From contig JAUCBJ010004880.1 in the NCBI GenBank assembly GCA_032718475.1, forward strand, positions 23,340 through 87,339: a stretch of 64,000 bases of DNA. Reading direction: 5' to 3'. The notes under the pieces are model-generated. The model was given only the letters and a program-made list of their open reading frames with translations. It was not told where the DNA came from and made no database searches. Below are positions 14,001 to 29,000 of the stretch, piece after piece. The stretch is from Nemertoderma westbladi (Eukaryota; Animalia; Xenacoelomorpha). The first letter of the stretch is position 1. The number at the start of each line of letters is the position of its first letter. Position numbers and translations under genes: made by a program.

Positions 14001-17000
14001 TCATCGAGGAAGTTCGGGTCCGGGTACCCCGTCAGCCCGTGTAGGCCTATTCATTCATCATTGTTGTTTTTAAAGACCTACCTACACCTACCTACATTCA
14101 CCCTACACGTGCACCTACATGTAGGCTACACATACCTACATGTAGCCTCTATGTAGGCTATACCTCTACGCAAAAGTTATACCCCTGATTTTTGATATGT
14201 TTGTCTCAAGGCCTACTGTACTAAAGGCCGTGCAACCATGCAGCACTGAAGGCTGACTGGAGGCTGACCTACAATACAGCAATACACAATACTGCAATAG
14301 GCTGATAGGGCTGGCTACTGGTATTTGAATTGAATTCTGAGCTCTAACCGGTTTCAGCCCCAATGGTCATTTTACCTACTGACCTACCCTACCGTAGTGC
14401 GATTCGGATTAATTAGGGTTTGGGCCGCCACACTGTAACTGTAACCTGGGCTAAAAAAAATTCGAAAAATTGGGGCTGAAACCGGTTATTCCCGAATTCT
14501 GGAATTTCAGTAGGCCCACCGACTGACCGATATACAGATATAGGCCTACAGTGTAGAACTAGAATGCCATTAAAGTGCTGTGTGTTCGGTTGCCGGTCGA
14601 ATTACGATGGAAGTTCATCCGGTACCTGTAGGCCTACTAAAGAAAACGTCCCGGTTTACCGGTTACCAACAGACGAGGGAGAACGGCGCCGATGGATTGC
14701 AGCTATTCCGAGAGAGAATATCCCAGAAACTAAGAACACGGTTGTTTGTGCAAAGCATTGGCCATCTGATTTCCCGACTGTTGTGGTGAAAGGGAAGAAG
14801 AAACCTATTAATCCACCGTCTGTTTTTCCTTCTATACCCAAAAGTCTTGTTCCTACACCACCAGAACCTCCTCGACCAACTAAACGCTCATTATCATCAA
14901 TACGGTCGTTGCAACCTGATGAAATGGGTCAATTTAGTAAACAAGATGACATTGTATCCATTGTAAGCATTATGTCAACTTCCGGTTCCAAATTATTTAC
15001 GTTGCCGGATGATGTGATAACTTATCGTTGTGGAGATGATATTCATATCCAATCAATAAACTATACTGAAGGCATTCCAAAGTTTCTAATCAAACTACAA
15101 CCTACTTTTTCGTTTAATGCATTTCATTGTGGAGTAGCTTGCTGTATTACGACGCTGAGCCAGCTACGTATAACAACATTGAATAAGTGGTCTCGTCTGT
15201 TAGAAGCTGTTCGGTTTCTTAACAACCTCGAAGTGGATCATAAGAAGAGCATACTGTTGGATCACATTGTTACCGCAGGAAAGGCCATTCAACAGGCGTC
15301 GACATCTCGTCTTTATTCGATGGAGATGATTGTACGATCATTTGTTTACTTTGCAACGTCACGATCAACTTATCAGAAGCTGCGAACCGATTATCAACTA
15401 CCAAGTGCTCGAACATTGATGTCATTAACTTCTGCTATCAGCCACTTTGACAATGATACGTTGATTGCATCTATAATTGGAAATATCGACGAGAGACAAC
15501 GTTTATGTTGCATAATTATAGACGAAATGAAGATTAAATCTGCTCTCACTTATCATGGTGGGCAAGTGTTTGGTTATGCTGTGAATCAAGACACACGACA
15601 GTTAGCAAACTCAATGCTGGCATTCCAAATTAAATGTCTGTTTGGTGGATCTTCATTTTTATACAAGTTTTTGCCTGTAGTTGGGTTAGATGCTCAGTTT
15701 CAGTATTCGCAGTGTACTCCGATTATGAATGCCTTTGGTGTTCCTGGTGACTATTCTGTGTATATTAGTTGATGGAAATCGAGTAAACCAACTATTTTTT
15801 AAATCTTTTCCAACTGTACCGGGCAAACCTTGGCTGTCTGTTGAAGGGACGTTTCTACTCTTTGACTACGTTCATTTATTTAAATGTATAAGAAACAATT
15901 GGATAACGGAAAGAACTGGCGAATTGTTTTACAATTATTGTGGTAAGACTGGTGTTGCCAAGTGGTCACACCTCGTCAATTTGTTTGAATCGGAGAAACA
16001 AAGTTTAGTGTACTTGTACTTGTCGCGTTTGAATGATGCTGCAGTCCATCCCAAACCTATAGAGCGACAGCGCGTAGGGTTGTGTTTGCGTGTTTTTTGC
16101 GAACAGACTATCGCAGCATTCGAATCATCAACTGTTATTGACCGTAGTGAAGTTCAAGATACTGCCGAGTTTCTTAAAATTATGGTGAGATTTTGGAACA
16201 TTGTTAATGTGCGAACTGTTGATGCCAATATTCTTACAAGAGATGAGGATCGTGCTGTTATAAGATCAAACTCTGATCCACGTTTACAGACATTGTTAGA
16301 CATCGCTGATATGGCGGAATCAATGACCCACAAAGGTAAACCCCAAGAACGATGTCGAACGCTCACTAAAGATACTGGCAACGCTTTGTCACATACATGT
16401 CGCGGACTTGTGGACTTAGTTCGAAAGCGCTTAGAAACGTGTGAATTTGTTATGATAGGTGACCATAACAGCGATGATGTTGAAAGCACCTTTGGTATCT
16501 TACGTCAAGGTTCTGGTGGTACGTATTTCATTTACAGCCAGCAAGCATTACTAAAGTCTCGCATTCTGGATGCAAGGCTTGTACTGGAACTGGGTAATGA
16601 GGTCGACGGCACTCTATATCACAGCCACGAATGTGAGAACTGTACAGCTTCACTCAATGATGCTGAATTCGAAATTCTAGACAGTCTAGATGAACTTGAA
16701 GACTCAATTTCCTGCGATAATAAACAAGCTCTTGTGTATATTGCAGGTTATATAACAAAAAATGAGAATGATAATGACGACGAGAAACAATATTACCGAC
16801 AATATGGCGGTTATTTAAATAGGCTAGACCGTGGAGGTTTGAAGAAACCTAGTGACAATACATGCAAATTTACCTTCTACTGTTTTATACTTTATATTAA
16901 TTTAAAAACGCCATTTTGCCGTAAATCCCTGTGTTCGTTCTTTACTTATATCTCATCGGCTCACTCATTTCAAATTTCGCATGAATCGGTACGAAAACTA

Positions 17001-20000
17001 GTCAACATTTTTATTAAAAACGATTGCATATTAAAAACACCCCGTTCTTCGAAAGAGAGTGCTCAAAAGAAAATAAAATTATCGGATTCCTATTAGAAAC
17101 GTTTACTATTATATATAATTGATTATAATTACAAATAACTTAACTATAACTTTATATACAGTAGTTATAAATAATAACTATACAATGTACTACTATTGCT
17201 ATTTAATTTGTGCTACCGCTATATAATGTAATACTTATATTTTGGATTTGTGCTATATTCGACATGTAAAGTTGTACTTGAAAATAACCAAATTATTGAA
17301 GATATATGAAGATAACATACTTCGTGTCACCTTTTCATTCCTTTCTCTTAGATAACTGTGCAGAAAGTACTATTTGCAATAAATTGAGACTAATCGCAAT
17401 GTAAATCAGTTGATCTTTAGGTAAAGGATCTTTTGATTTTCTTTATCTAAAAAGATCAACGGATCTACAGTACGATTATGACATCGCAAGACACCTTCCT
17501 TCCTTTTCTGGATAAATTGAATTTTCACCAAACACCAAATTCTAGTTTCTGACCAACTTGGTGGTAGATTTGTTGTTTGTGTTCGGATTAAATTGGATTT
17601 TAACTATAATCTAACTATAAATGATAATCTAAACTGTAGTATAACCATACCCCTAGTCGATTTTTCACAATTATTGATGGTTCTGGTCTGTACAGGCACA
17701 ATGTATGTTAAAATTGGAGTAAACGTGTTCAGCCTCCAGTGGATCTTCACTGCTGCACGGTTGCACGGCCTTTAGTACAGTAGGCCTTGGTTTGTCTCTA
17801 TTTATTTTAATGACGGCAGTAAAATTAAGTTTACTTATGCAATTAATATGCAATTAGATTGATACGATATTTCACTAATGTTATCGAAGATATTTCACAA
17901 AATAAACTTGAACTAACGTCAATAATTTTAGGTGTAATTTAATTATATTTTAGTTACAATCGCAAATGCTAATAGTAATTGCTAGTTTTCATTTATAACG
18001 ACTGCATGTAAAATGTTCGAAAACTCTAAGCAAAAGTTATTGCTGTTTTTTGTCGTGATGATAATCCGCTTTGAATTGTAGCTGATCACTACATATTTGT
18101 ACGACGTTGTAACATCTATGCGCCCATAATTAAGCACCACTTACACTACTATAGTCTATTTATTACAAATAATGTTATCAATAAGTTTAGCAAACGAATC
18201 CACAACTGCTATTCCAAAGTAGTTGCCACAGTATTTTCTCATACCCTTCTTGTACCACTCACTATTCAGGGAGTTTGATCTAAGCAAAATTAATTTTGCA
18301 AATAATGTTCTAATGAAAATTAAGTAATAAATAGACAGAATAAATACATATTTATTGCTACTGCAATATATAATTTATTCTATTCCGAACTTAAAACTTT
18401 TTCAACTTTGATAAATTTAGTTTGAAGAAACATTGTGGCCAGCAAAATCGATCCTTTCAGTTTCGCTATTCGGTGGTGGTAACATCGCCTAACTTGGATA
18501 GTGTAGACCTAAGGTTGATCTAGTGATCTAGGGTGGCTTTGGTTTGTGTCTTCTGGGTTTCATTGCCAAACAATTTCCCGACTGATCATGAAATGGTTCA
18601 AATTTGTTTTTGATAGGATTTAGATGGGATATTTTCGTCTAATTAAGCTGGAATAGGTATCAGCATCATCTATTTACAGTTGGATTGAGTTCGAATGAGA
18701 ATGCGAATGAAATAATATTATTATATATATTTGCAGGGAATTTGCTAAAGAAAGGCAAAGGGTTGAAAATCGGCAAAAGTTTTTGAAATTAAGAAGAAAG
18801 ATGCAACTAGAACGGGAACTTCAGGGATATCTGGAGTGGATAGCTACTGCTGGTTAGTTGACATCTGTTATATTAGTTACTGTTGCTTATCTGTTTCCGC
18901 CAATCGAAAATGCCAAGAAGTATTGTAGTAATGTCTATGCTGGCCTCTAATTACGGAGGACACCCAACATATCAACACATCTGACTGACACATACACAAG
19001 AATGCTATGTTCACTTTGTGAAGTACAATGCACACATCTCCAACCAGACACTATATAACATTGGAGGTGTCCAATTGGTTCCCCCAAGCTTGACACTAGA
19101 ACGAAGCCGCCTCTGCTTTGCATGACATTGTTTTCGCCGTGAGGACCAACCAGTGCATAATCTTGTGCTTTGGCAGCCCCATGGAGTGAATAGGCGTGGT
19201 GGACAGTCCATGACTTTCTTGAGACGCATCTTAAAGGGCACTGGCCGTGAAAACTTGGATAAATGGATAATCTTGCGAAAGTCATGTATACATGCAAGAT
19301 CTGTATACACAATGACCCGTAACAAATTAGGCCTTCCTTCTTAGTTAGTTAATAATTATTTACTTAAAAATTATTAATTAATTATTATCAATTAATTAAT
19401 ATATAATTATTAATTAATTAATTAATTATTAGATACACCGCAAATAAGATATTATTTTACTTTTAAGATATTATTTTTTTACTTTATTCGATATTACAAC
19501 CCTATGTGATCGCTGCATCGTATAGTAATTTATTGACAAAGCAGAGTACACTAGTCTCTGGTGCCTAGCTATTCCGTACTAAGTACTGTTTAAGGTATTA
19601 CCTGATGCCGGTGTAGGTGGCACTGGAGCCACCTACATGGACATAATAAGAAGTAGTGGTCTTCAATGTATAATTATTTTCTATAATTGAGATGGTAATA
19701 ATATATTATACATAGGAAGTAATCCTTTCCCCTAAAGTAATTTTTATGCGTGCATTTTATTTCAAACTGTTTGATTATACAGTACACAGTACACATTGTT
19801 CGATACACACGCTGTCTTAAAGAAAATAACAAAGATGACAGCTACTATAGATGTCTGTCTTTCTTTTTTGATAACTCTTCAATTACCCTTCTAAGCGCCA
19901 GAATTGGCACCACCAAGGTTCCACGACCTTTTTGATACACATTCTGGTTTTCACAACAGTTTCTCAATAGGATCCCTGATGCGATTTAATATAATTATAT

Positions 20001-23000
20001 TGAATAGCTGTACAGCAATCGAGATCAATGAGATTCCACAAAAAGATCCATAGAGTGTTAGGTTGCCCTTCTTGGAAACTGGCACCAACTTATTTGTATT
20101 AATTTCTTGTGGGACTCCCTCGTCGTTCTGTACATATGGTAAATGAGCCCCAAACACTCTAGTATTCTAAAGGCCTCAGGCCATCTACCCCACTAGCACG
20201 ATTAGTGCGTCGCATCTACAGAGTCTAGCACCTCCCTGGAGTTTAAAACAGCAGGTTGTTTGCTCGACGCCATCCCGTGTAGCTGATTGTGTCTGAAGCT
20301 TAATAAAACCCAGTTCAGAATAGCCATCACCAATCGTCTCGGATGCGGGGTCACTCCACGACTGTGCTATATGTGGAACAACTGTGGCTCCTAATGGTCT
20401 CCATGGCCTTTCTTGTCAACGTAGCGCAGGAAGAATACCATGCCATGCATGGTATTCGAGATCTTGCACGAGATTGTTAAACAGGCGCTCACAAGCTGTG
20501 GTACACCGTATGTCCTCGAGCCTCCAGGACTCTGTCGATGAGACGGGAAACTGGTGGGACTGAATATCCTTGGTTCCCTGGTCCAATGGAAAGACTCGAA
20601 CATGGGACGCCACAATTACAGATCCTCTCACCCCTATTCACCATACCTCACCAGATGAATAGCTCTTCCCAGTGAATCCTATGTGATTATCTATAAGGTT
20701 ACTCATTGCTATATATATATATATATATAGCTCTGTATTGTATTGTTATAGCTCGGTATAGGTCAATGTTAACTCGGTAAAACTAAGTATTAAATTGTTA
20801 TACCTCGGTATAGGTCAGTATAGCTCTGGTTTGTATTGTTATAACTCGGTAGCTCGGTATTGTATTGTTATAGCTCGTTATAAGTCGGTATAGCTCTGTA
20901 TTGTATTGTTATAGATCAGTATAGGTCGGTATAGTACTGTATTGTATTGTTATAGCTCGGTATATGTCAGCATAGCTCTGGTTTGTATTGTTATAACTCG
21001 GTAGCTCGGTATTGTATTGTTATAGCTCAGTATAGGTCGGTATATCTCTGTATTGTATTGTTATAGCTCAGATTACTGAATATCCCAAATAAAAAAATTG
21101 GTGCAGTTTAAATCAGTGAAATTCGACTCTAAATTTTCAAAACCGCTATTTTTCAGTGACGCCGTAGTCGAAATGCCACAAACAATAAACAGTCTTTTGT
21201 GTGAGTTTGCTTTTAAGGGGGGGGTACACCATTTTCGGACAACTCTTCGATTTATCACTCTCAGCGTTTCAAAATTGTTTGGTTTTGGCTATAATTTGGA
21301 ATATAGGTGCCTAAGATGCTATTCTACATGACAGGTTAGAAAATTTTTATTTTTCGCTATTTAATATTAGTTAATACTAGTTAACAACAAAAAAAACTTG
21401 GTTGCGCTTAAAACCCTAAGGCTTTTTCAGTTTTGAATCGAATCACATGAAAGTTTTTTTATATGATAGATCAAAGATGGGGTAACATAACTGGCATAAC
21501 ATAACATATCAGGCGAAATTTTGTGAAAATAATTCTGCACCGCTAGGTGGCGCTGCAAATTTATGCCTAATTTTCAGGTTTGTTATAAATAGTATTAAAT
21601 TTTATTAACAAATAATTTCGAAAAGTTGTCTGATAATTTTATGCAGGGTGGCTATGTAGACACCCACAGAAAGTTTCAGACTAATTGATCAAAAATTGTA
21701 GAAGTAGTAGGGTTTTGAAGTTGACAATTTCATAAAAAAAATATTTGGAGATAATCGACCTTTCATTATACATAGTAATAGTAATTTCAATAGGAATCCC
21801 TAAATGGAAATTGTTATAACTTAGAAACTAAAAGAGCTATTAAATAGCGGTTTTCAGATTTGGAAATACCATTCAATGGTGCATTATAATAGATCATAAA
21901 AAAAAATTCGACATATTTTTGACCAAAATGGTGTACCCCCCCCCCCCCCCCCCCCCCCTTAAAATGTTTGCGTACCTGCTTGAGTTTTTGAGATATTGTA
22001 TGGTTATACATACATACACACAAATCGTGTATTTGAACGGCTCAACTCTTGACAAGAACTACCCTGGTTATTTTATTATAATAATAAAATTGTTTTAAAA
22101 TTACTAGCTAATGTAAAATTTAAAAATAACTAGCAACATGTTCCAGAACAATATATTTTGTAATTTATTTATTTTCTAGAATAGTATATAATATTTACAT
22201 GGTGTTCTAGAACTCAATTTTTTTGCCATAGTAACATAGATTAAGATTTAAAAAAAAGATGTAGCGCTGTACGGAACTCTAGGCTCTATAAATATTAAAC
22301 CATTTAAAAAAATGTAGGCATATAGGGAACTCTAGCAAGTTAAAAAAGGTTTAGAACATTTCTTTTAATAAATATCTAACATGTTCCAGAGTACAAGTAT
22401 ATTACTAAAGAAAATAGCCTAAAATTAGCTATTAGGAATCATTTTGATAGGATATCGAAGGGCATTAGCCTCTCCAGCATGTTTCTGGGATGGAATTGAC
22501 ATCAGGGAAGGGCACTACTACAGTATGTGTACCCATGACAGGGATTTTATTTGTAGTAGCTAGTTTTTGCTACTTTATTTTTAATGTTCTATGTCATATT
22601 AGCTATAGTTTTGAAAAAAAAAAATGTTCTAGAACAAATTTTTTTTGTTCTAGAACATTTTTTTTTTAATTTATAATTCCTAACAATACACCTTAAAATG
22701 TTAATCTGTTGCCTTTAAATACTTCAAAATATTATTCTAGAATGTTTTTTAATGTTTACAGTAGTAGGTTCACTTTAATTGTTTTCATTAAATAAAATGC
22801 CGCGTCACGAAAACAAAAAGTGCTCTAAAGATCGAAATATTATTGAGATTTCCAAAGAATAGTATAAAAGAAAAGTATATAATTTTGAAAAAACTTTTTT
22901 TTTAAATAATAGCTAACTTGGAAAATCACTAGCTAGACTGATAATTTGTATTTTAAAAAAAAAATGTTAAATGTTTATAGATGAATAAACTATTTATTAC

Positions 23001-26000
23001 ACATAATAATAAATTTTTAATAAATTTTTTTTATATATAAAAATGTTCTAGAACAAAAAATATTTGTTCTAGAACATAATATTTTTACCTAACAATAGCT
23101 AACATGAAATGGAATAGTTCTAAAAAAAAGCAGCAAAAACTAGTTATAGTAAAAAAATATGGTCATGGGTAAACATACCGTAGTAGTGCCTCAGGGAAGA
23201 GATGGGCATCGGTACGGAAGTCTCTTCGCGGCATCCCCTTCCTTCATTTTTGTAGAGAGTATTTATTTCCTTTACTATCTTATACATAGCTTTACAAAAT
23301 CCTATTGCTATGAGACAAAGTCCTACGGCCTCAACTCCAACTCTTACGATGGCTATTGTAGATCCATCATCACCTTCTGTATCATCATCATCACTCGCTG
23401 CTCCATCACTAACTCCTTGATCACTGCCCACTGGACCACTGCCAATAATAACACTTTCTACATCATTACTTCCATACTCGTAGCTACATTTGGCACCAGA
23501 GTCCCCGGTTACGACTACTTCGGGTGTGGTCGACTTTATAGAGTTGATTTTTGCTTTGAAACCATTTATTTCGGAAATGTAGGGTGTTGAATCATTGATA
23601 TCTGTATTTCCAGATTCTCCTTCCATCTTACCGATTTGTAGTTCAATTTTACCCGAATGCTAATTCAATACAAATTTACATATTACTGCTATTAATTGAT
23701 GTAGGTGTAGGTATGGAGATATAGTCAGTGATTTGAATGAACTGTGTATTAAAAATGCATAAATGCGTATTTTACTTTAAAATATCCCCTTTATGGGATA
23801 CGAGTTCCCCATGTCGACACCCCTGACATATTTTTTTCTATGGTTGTTTTGGCTAGAATTCCGTATAGCACTACATTTTTAAAACATATCATTGTTATTA
23901 TGGCAACGTTGAAGATACAATAGAAACGTATTATACTATTCTAGAACATAAACAAAATAAAAAATAAAAAATATAATGTTCTAGAACATATAGCTAGATT
24001 TTTTTTAACTTTAAAATAGCTAATAAATTAAAAAAAAATTTATTTTTAAATAAATTACTAAATACATTTAAATTAATATTGATTATAGAATTATTGTATA
24101 CCGATGTAACTAATTTGTTTATTTATCCATTGGGGATTGGCTTTTATTGGCCTTTAATATGTCTTGGAATCCGTTTATTTTTCATTTTCATATTTGTTGC
24201 CTCCACATATATTTTGTTATTTTTCCGGATAATTTCTCTTCATAGTTAATGCACTTGTCACTCGATATTCTGGCGTCGTATATTTTTAATATTTTTCTCC
24301 GTACCTGTCTTATAATTGCCTAAATTTGACTTTTGGGCATTTCGCACCCCAAAAATTTTGTGAAAATTTTTTAATTACTGGCAATTTTAAAATAAATTTG
24401 AAATTTGAAAATAACTAGCTAATTGTTCTAGAACATTATTTTTTTTATTATATTTATGTTCTAGAATAGTGTATAATATTTATATTTTGTTCTAGAACTC
24501 TGCAATGATGCCATTGTAACAATGATTTATGTTATAAAAATGTAGTGCTATACGGAACTGTTACCGTTGTTTTTGACTATATTTGTTCAAATGAATATAT
24601 ATAAATCTAAATATGAATCTATATAAAATGAATAGCTAACATGTTCTAGAATTTATTAAAATACTAGTAAAAACTAGCAAGCATGCCTTTTCTAACAAAA
24701 TGTTAATACAAACGGAACTGTTACCAAAAAATATAGTGGGAAACGGAAGGAACTATTATTATTACTTATTTAACTATGCGTACAATATACACCATGTCCC
24801 GTAATATAGTGTCATTTTTTGATGACACGGACCCCCTCCGCCCCCCCCCCCCCCCCCCCCCCAGATTGTTCTACAAATCTTTATCATATTGCTTGAAATT
24901 TGAAATACCACTAGTTCCACTCACCGTCATTGACCCAATGAAGTCGGAATTTTCGATTTTGCCTTAAAATTCTTTTTATTAGCGTTTTAAAAAAGTGTCT
25001 TTTGCGAAATCGCACCCTCCGTATCGTGGCCATTCTTAGCATTAGTCGTAATCATTAGAAAGCTTGCGTTGCAATGATTCGAAATATGTAACAATAACTG
25101 AATTGTAACAAGAAGTATTGTCCGCTGAAGGCCATTTATTCTATTTAATAAATACACAATGTTCTGGAACAATTTGTTTAATTATGAATAGCTACGCAAT
25201 AGATATAGTGGATAGGATTACCGCTGTTGCCAACCAACTCATAAAATAAATAACACATTCTAGAATTTTGTGTATTTATTAAATAGAATAAATGGCCTGC
25301 AGCGAACGATAATTCTTGCAATCTTTGAACGCCTATATCTCAGCTGTTTCTCAACGAAATTCAGATATTTTTACAAATTTGGAATCCTTGCATGGCAAGC
25401 TATTTAATGATATGAAAACGACTAATGACCGTTAACGAACGTAACGTTACGTTAGGAACGTTACGTTGCTAACGAACGTTAATGATACGACTAATGTGAA
25501 GAATGTCCAAGATACAGAGGGTGCGATTTCGCAAAAGACACTTTTTTAAAACGCTTATAAAAATAATTTAAAGGCAAAATCGAAAATTCCGGCTTCATGG
25601 GGTCATCGACGGTGAGTGGAACTAGTGGTGTTTCAAATTTCAAGCAATAAGATAAAGATTTGTAGAAAAATCTGGGGGGGGGGGGGGGGGCGTCTGTGAC
25701 ATCAGAAAATGACACTATATTACGGGACATGGTGTATATAACTTACAAATGTTGAAGATCAAGAATGCATTATTAATTTTGTTGGCATGGAGATTAATTT
25801 ATCATCACTTAGTAATACTAATCCATTAAAACCATCCTAGATAAGATGCAGGAACCACTTTTCCTACTACTATGTACTTTGATCGGCCTGGTGCCTTTTC
25901 AGCGGACCTTAAGTCATTGTACTTCATGGCAGTGTCTTCATGACAAATCCGATAAAAAAATTATTGGATGTTATACTCCATTGCCAGAGCTACCATATCA

Positions 26001-29000
26001 CCCTGTTTGCTATGTGCTTTCAGTGTGCGGTCATTGTAGCAATCTTTAGTGTCTTTTTACATTTCACCTGGTTGATTCTTCTCTGTTTTCTGTTCCAGTA
26101 GCCGATTTTTGACCCCAGCCTGGTGTACCACTGGCGGTCCTTGTTGACCCGGGCGACTTCTGACAGCTAAACAGGTAGTACCACATTACTGCCATAGTGG
26201 TAACAGGATCCGGGGACCCTGACCTGACAGACTACCTGTAGTCAGTCAAGCACCATAATTAATTTTAATTTATTTGGAAAAAATAATAAAGAATTTGTAT
26301 ATATTTTTATTTTAGATGAACAACAGCCAGACTCGAAACTAACAAATGAACAGGTAAATATGCTGAGAGCTCGCCGAATGGCAATTAGTGTCGCACCAAC
26401 TGGGAAACCTCTTATATCTATGGATGATGACGATGATGATGATGATGAGGATGATGATGAGGATACCGAATCACAATCGTACAATAATGACAACGAAGAT
26501 TCTCCACCATTCCAAAGATGTAGGTAAACCAACCACGGCTACTGTAGGTAAACCAACCATGGCTACTGTAGGTAAACCAACCACGGCTACTGTAGGTAAA
26601 CCAACTACGGCTACTGTAGGTAAACCAACCATGGCTACTGTAGGTAAACCAACCACGGCTACTGTAGGTAAACCAACCACTGCTACTGTAGGTAAACCAA
26701 CCACGGCTACTGTAGGTAAACCAACCACGGCTACTGTAGGTAAACCAACTACGGCTACTGTAGGTAAACCAACCACGGCTACTGTATGTAAACCAACCAC
26801 GGCTACTGTAGGTAAACCAACCACGGCTACTGTAAGTAAACCAACCACGGCTACTGTAGGTAAACCAACCACGGCTACTGTAGGTAAACCAACCACGGCT
26901 ACTGTAGGTAAACCAACCACGGCTACTGTAGGTAAACCAACCACGGCTACTGTAGGTAAACCAACCACGGCTACTGTAGGTAAACCAACTACGGCTACTG
27001 TAGGTAAACCAACTACGGCTACTGTAGGTAAACCAACCAGGGCTACTGTAGGTAAACCAACCACGGCTACTGTAGGTAAACCAACCACGGCTACTGTAGG
27101 TAAACCAACTACGGCTTCTGTAGGTAAACCAACCACGGCTACTGTAGGTAAACCAACTACGGCTACTATAGGTAAACCAACTACGGCTACTGTAAGTAAA
27201 CCAACCACGGCCACTGTAGGTGAACCAACCATGGATACTGAAGATAAACCAACTACGGCTACTGTAGGTAAACCAACCACGGCTACTGTAGGTAAACCAA
27301 CCACGGCTACTGTAGGTAAACCAACTACGGCTACTGTAGGTAAACCAACCACGGCTACTGTAGGTAAACCAACTACGGCTACTGAAGGTAAACCAACTAC
27401 GGCCACTGTAGGTAAACCAACTACGGCCACTGTAGGTAAACCAACTACGGCCACTGTAGGTAAACCAACTACGGCTACTGTAGGTAAACCAACTACGGCC
27501 ACTGTAGGTAAACCAACTACGGCCACTGTAGATAAACCAACTACGGCCACTGTAGGTAAACAAACTACGGCTACTGTAGGTAAACCAACTACGGCTACTG
27601 TAGGTAAACCAACTACGGCCACTGTAGGTAAACCAACTACGGCCACTGTAGGTAAACCAACTACGGCTACTGTAGGTAAACCAACAACGGCTACTGTAGG
27701 TAAACCAACCACGGCTACTATAGGTAAACCAACTACGGCCACTGTAGGTAAACCAACTACGGCTACTGTAGGTAAACCAACTACGGCTACTGTAGGTAAA
27801 CCAACCACGGCTACTGTAGGTAAGCCAACTACGGCTACTGTAGGTAAACCAACCACGGCTACGCTACTGTAGGTAAACCAACCACGGCTACTGTAGGTAA
27901 ACCAACCACGGCTACTGAAGGTAAACCAACTTCGGCTACTGTAGGTAAACCATCCATGGCTACTGTAGGTAAACCAACCACGGCTACTGTAGGTAAACCA
28001 ACCACGGCTACTGAAGGTAAACCAACTTCGGCTACTGTAGGTAAACCATCCATGGCTACTGTAGGTAAACCAACCACGGCTACTGTAGGTAAACCAACCA
28101 CGGCTACTGTAGGTAAACCAACCACGGCTACTGTAGGTAAACCAACTACGGCTACTGTAGGTAAACCAACCACGGCTACTGTAGGTAAACCAACCATGGC
28201 TACTGTAGGTAAACCAACCACGGCTACTGTTGGTAAACCAACCACGGCCACTGTAGGTAAACCAACTATGGCCACTGTAGGTAAACCACCCACGGCTACT
28301 GTAGGTAAACCAACTACGGCTACTGTAGGTAAACCAACCACGGCTACTGTAGGTAAACCAACTACGGCTACTGTAGGTAAACCAACCACGGCTACTGAAG
28401 GTAAACCAACCACGGCTACTGTAGGTAAACCAACCACGGCTACTGAAGGTAAACCAACTTCGGCTACTGTAGGTAAACCATCCATGGCTACTGTAGGTAA
28501 ACCAACCACGGCTACTGTAGGTAAACCAACCACGGCTACTGAAGGTAAACCAACTTCGGCTACTGTAGGTAAACCATCCATGGCTACTGTAGGTAAACCA
28601 ACCACGGCTACTGAAGGTAAACCAACTACGGCTACTGTAGGTAAACCAACTACGGCTACTGTAGGTAAACCAACCACGGCTACTGTAGGTAAACCAACCA
28701 CGGCTACTGAAGGTAAACCAACCACGGCTACTGTAGGTAAACCAACTACGGCTACTGTAGGTAAACCAACCACGGCTACTGTAGGTAAACCAACTACGGC
28801 TACTGTAGGTAAACCAACCACGGCTACTGTAGGTAAACCAACCACGGCTACTGAAGGTAAACCAACTTCGGCTACTGTAGGTAAACCATCCATGGCTACT
28901 GTAGGTAAACCAACCACGGCTACTGTAGGTAAACCAACCACGGCTACTGTAGGTAAACCAACCACGGCTACTGTAGGTAAACCAACTATGGCCACTGTAG

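Noticed and set aside
26316-26353. Shorter I-II exon ending at CAG|GTAAAT
   Set aside because: A phase-0 donor is incompatible with the phase-1 acceptor at 32367.
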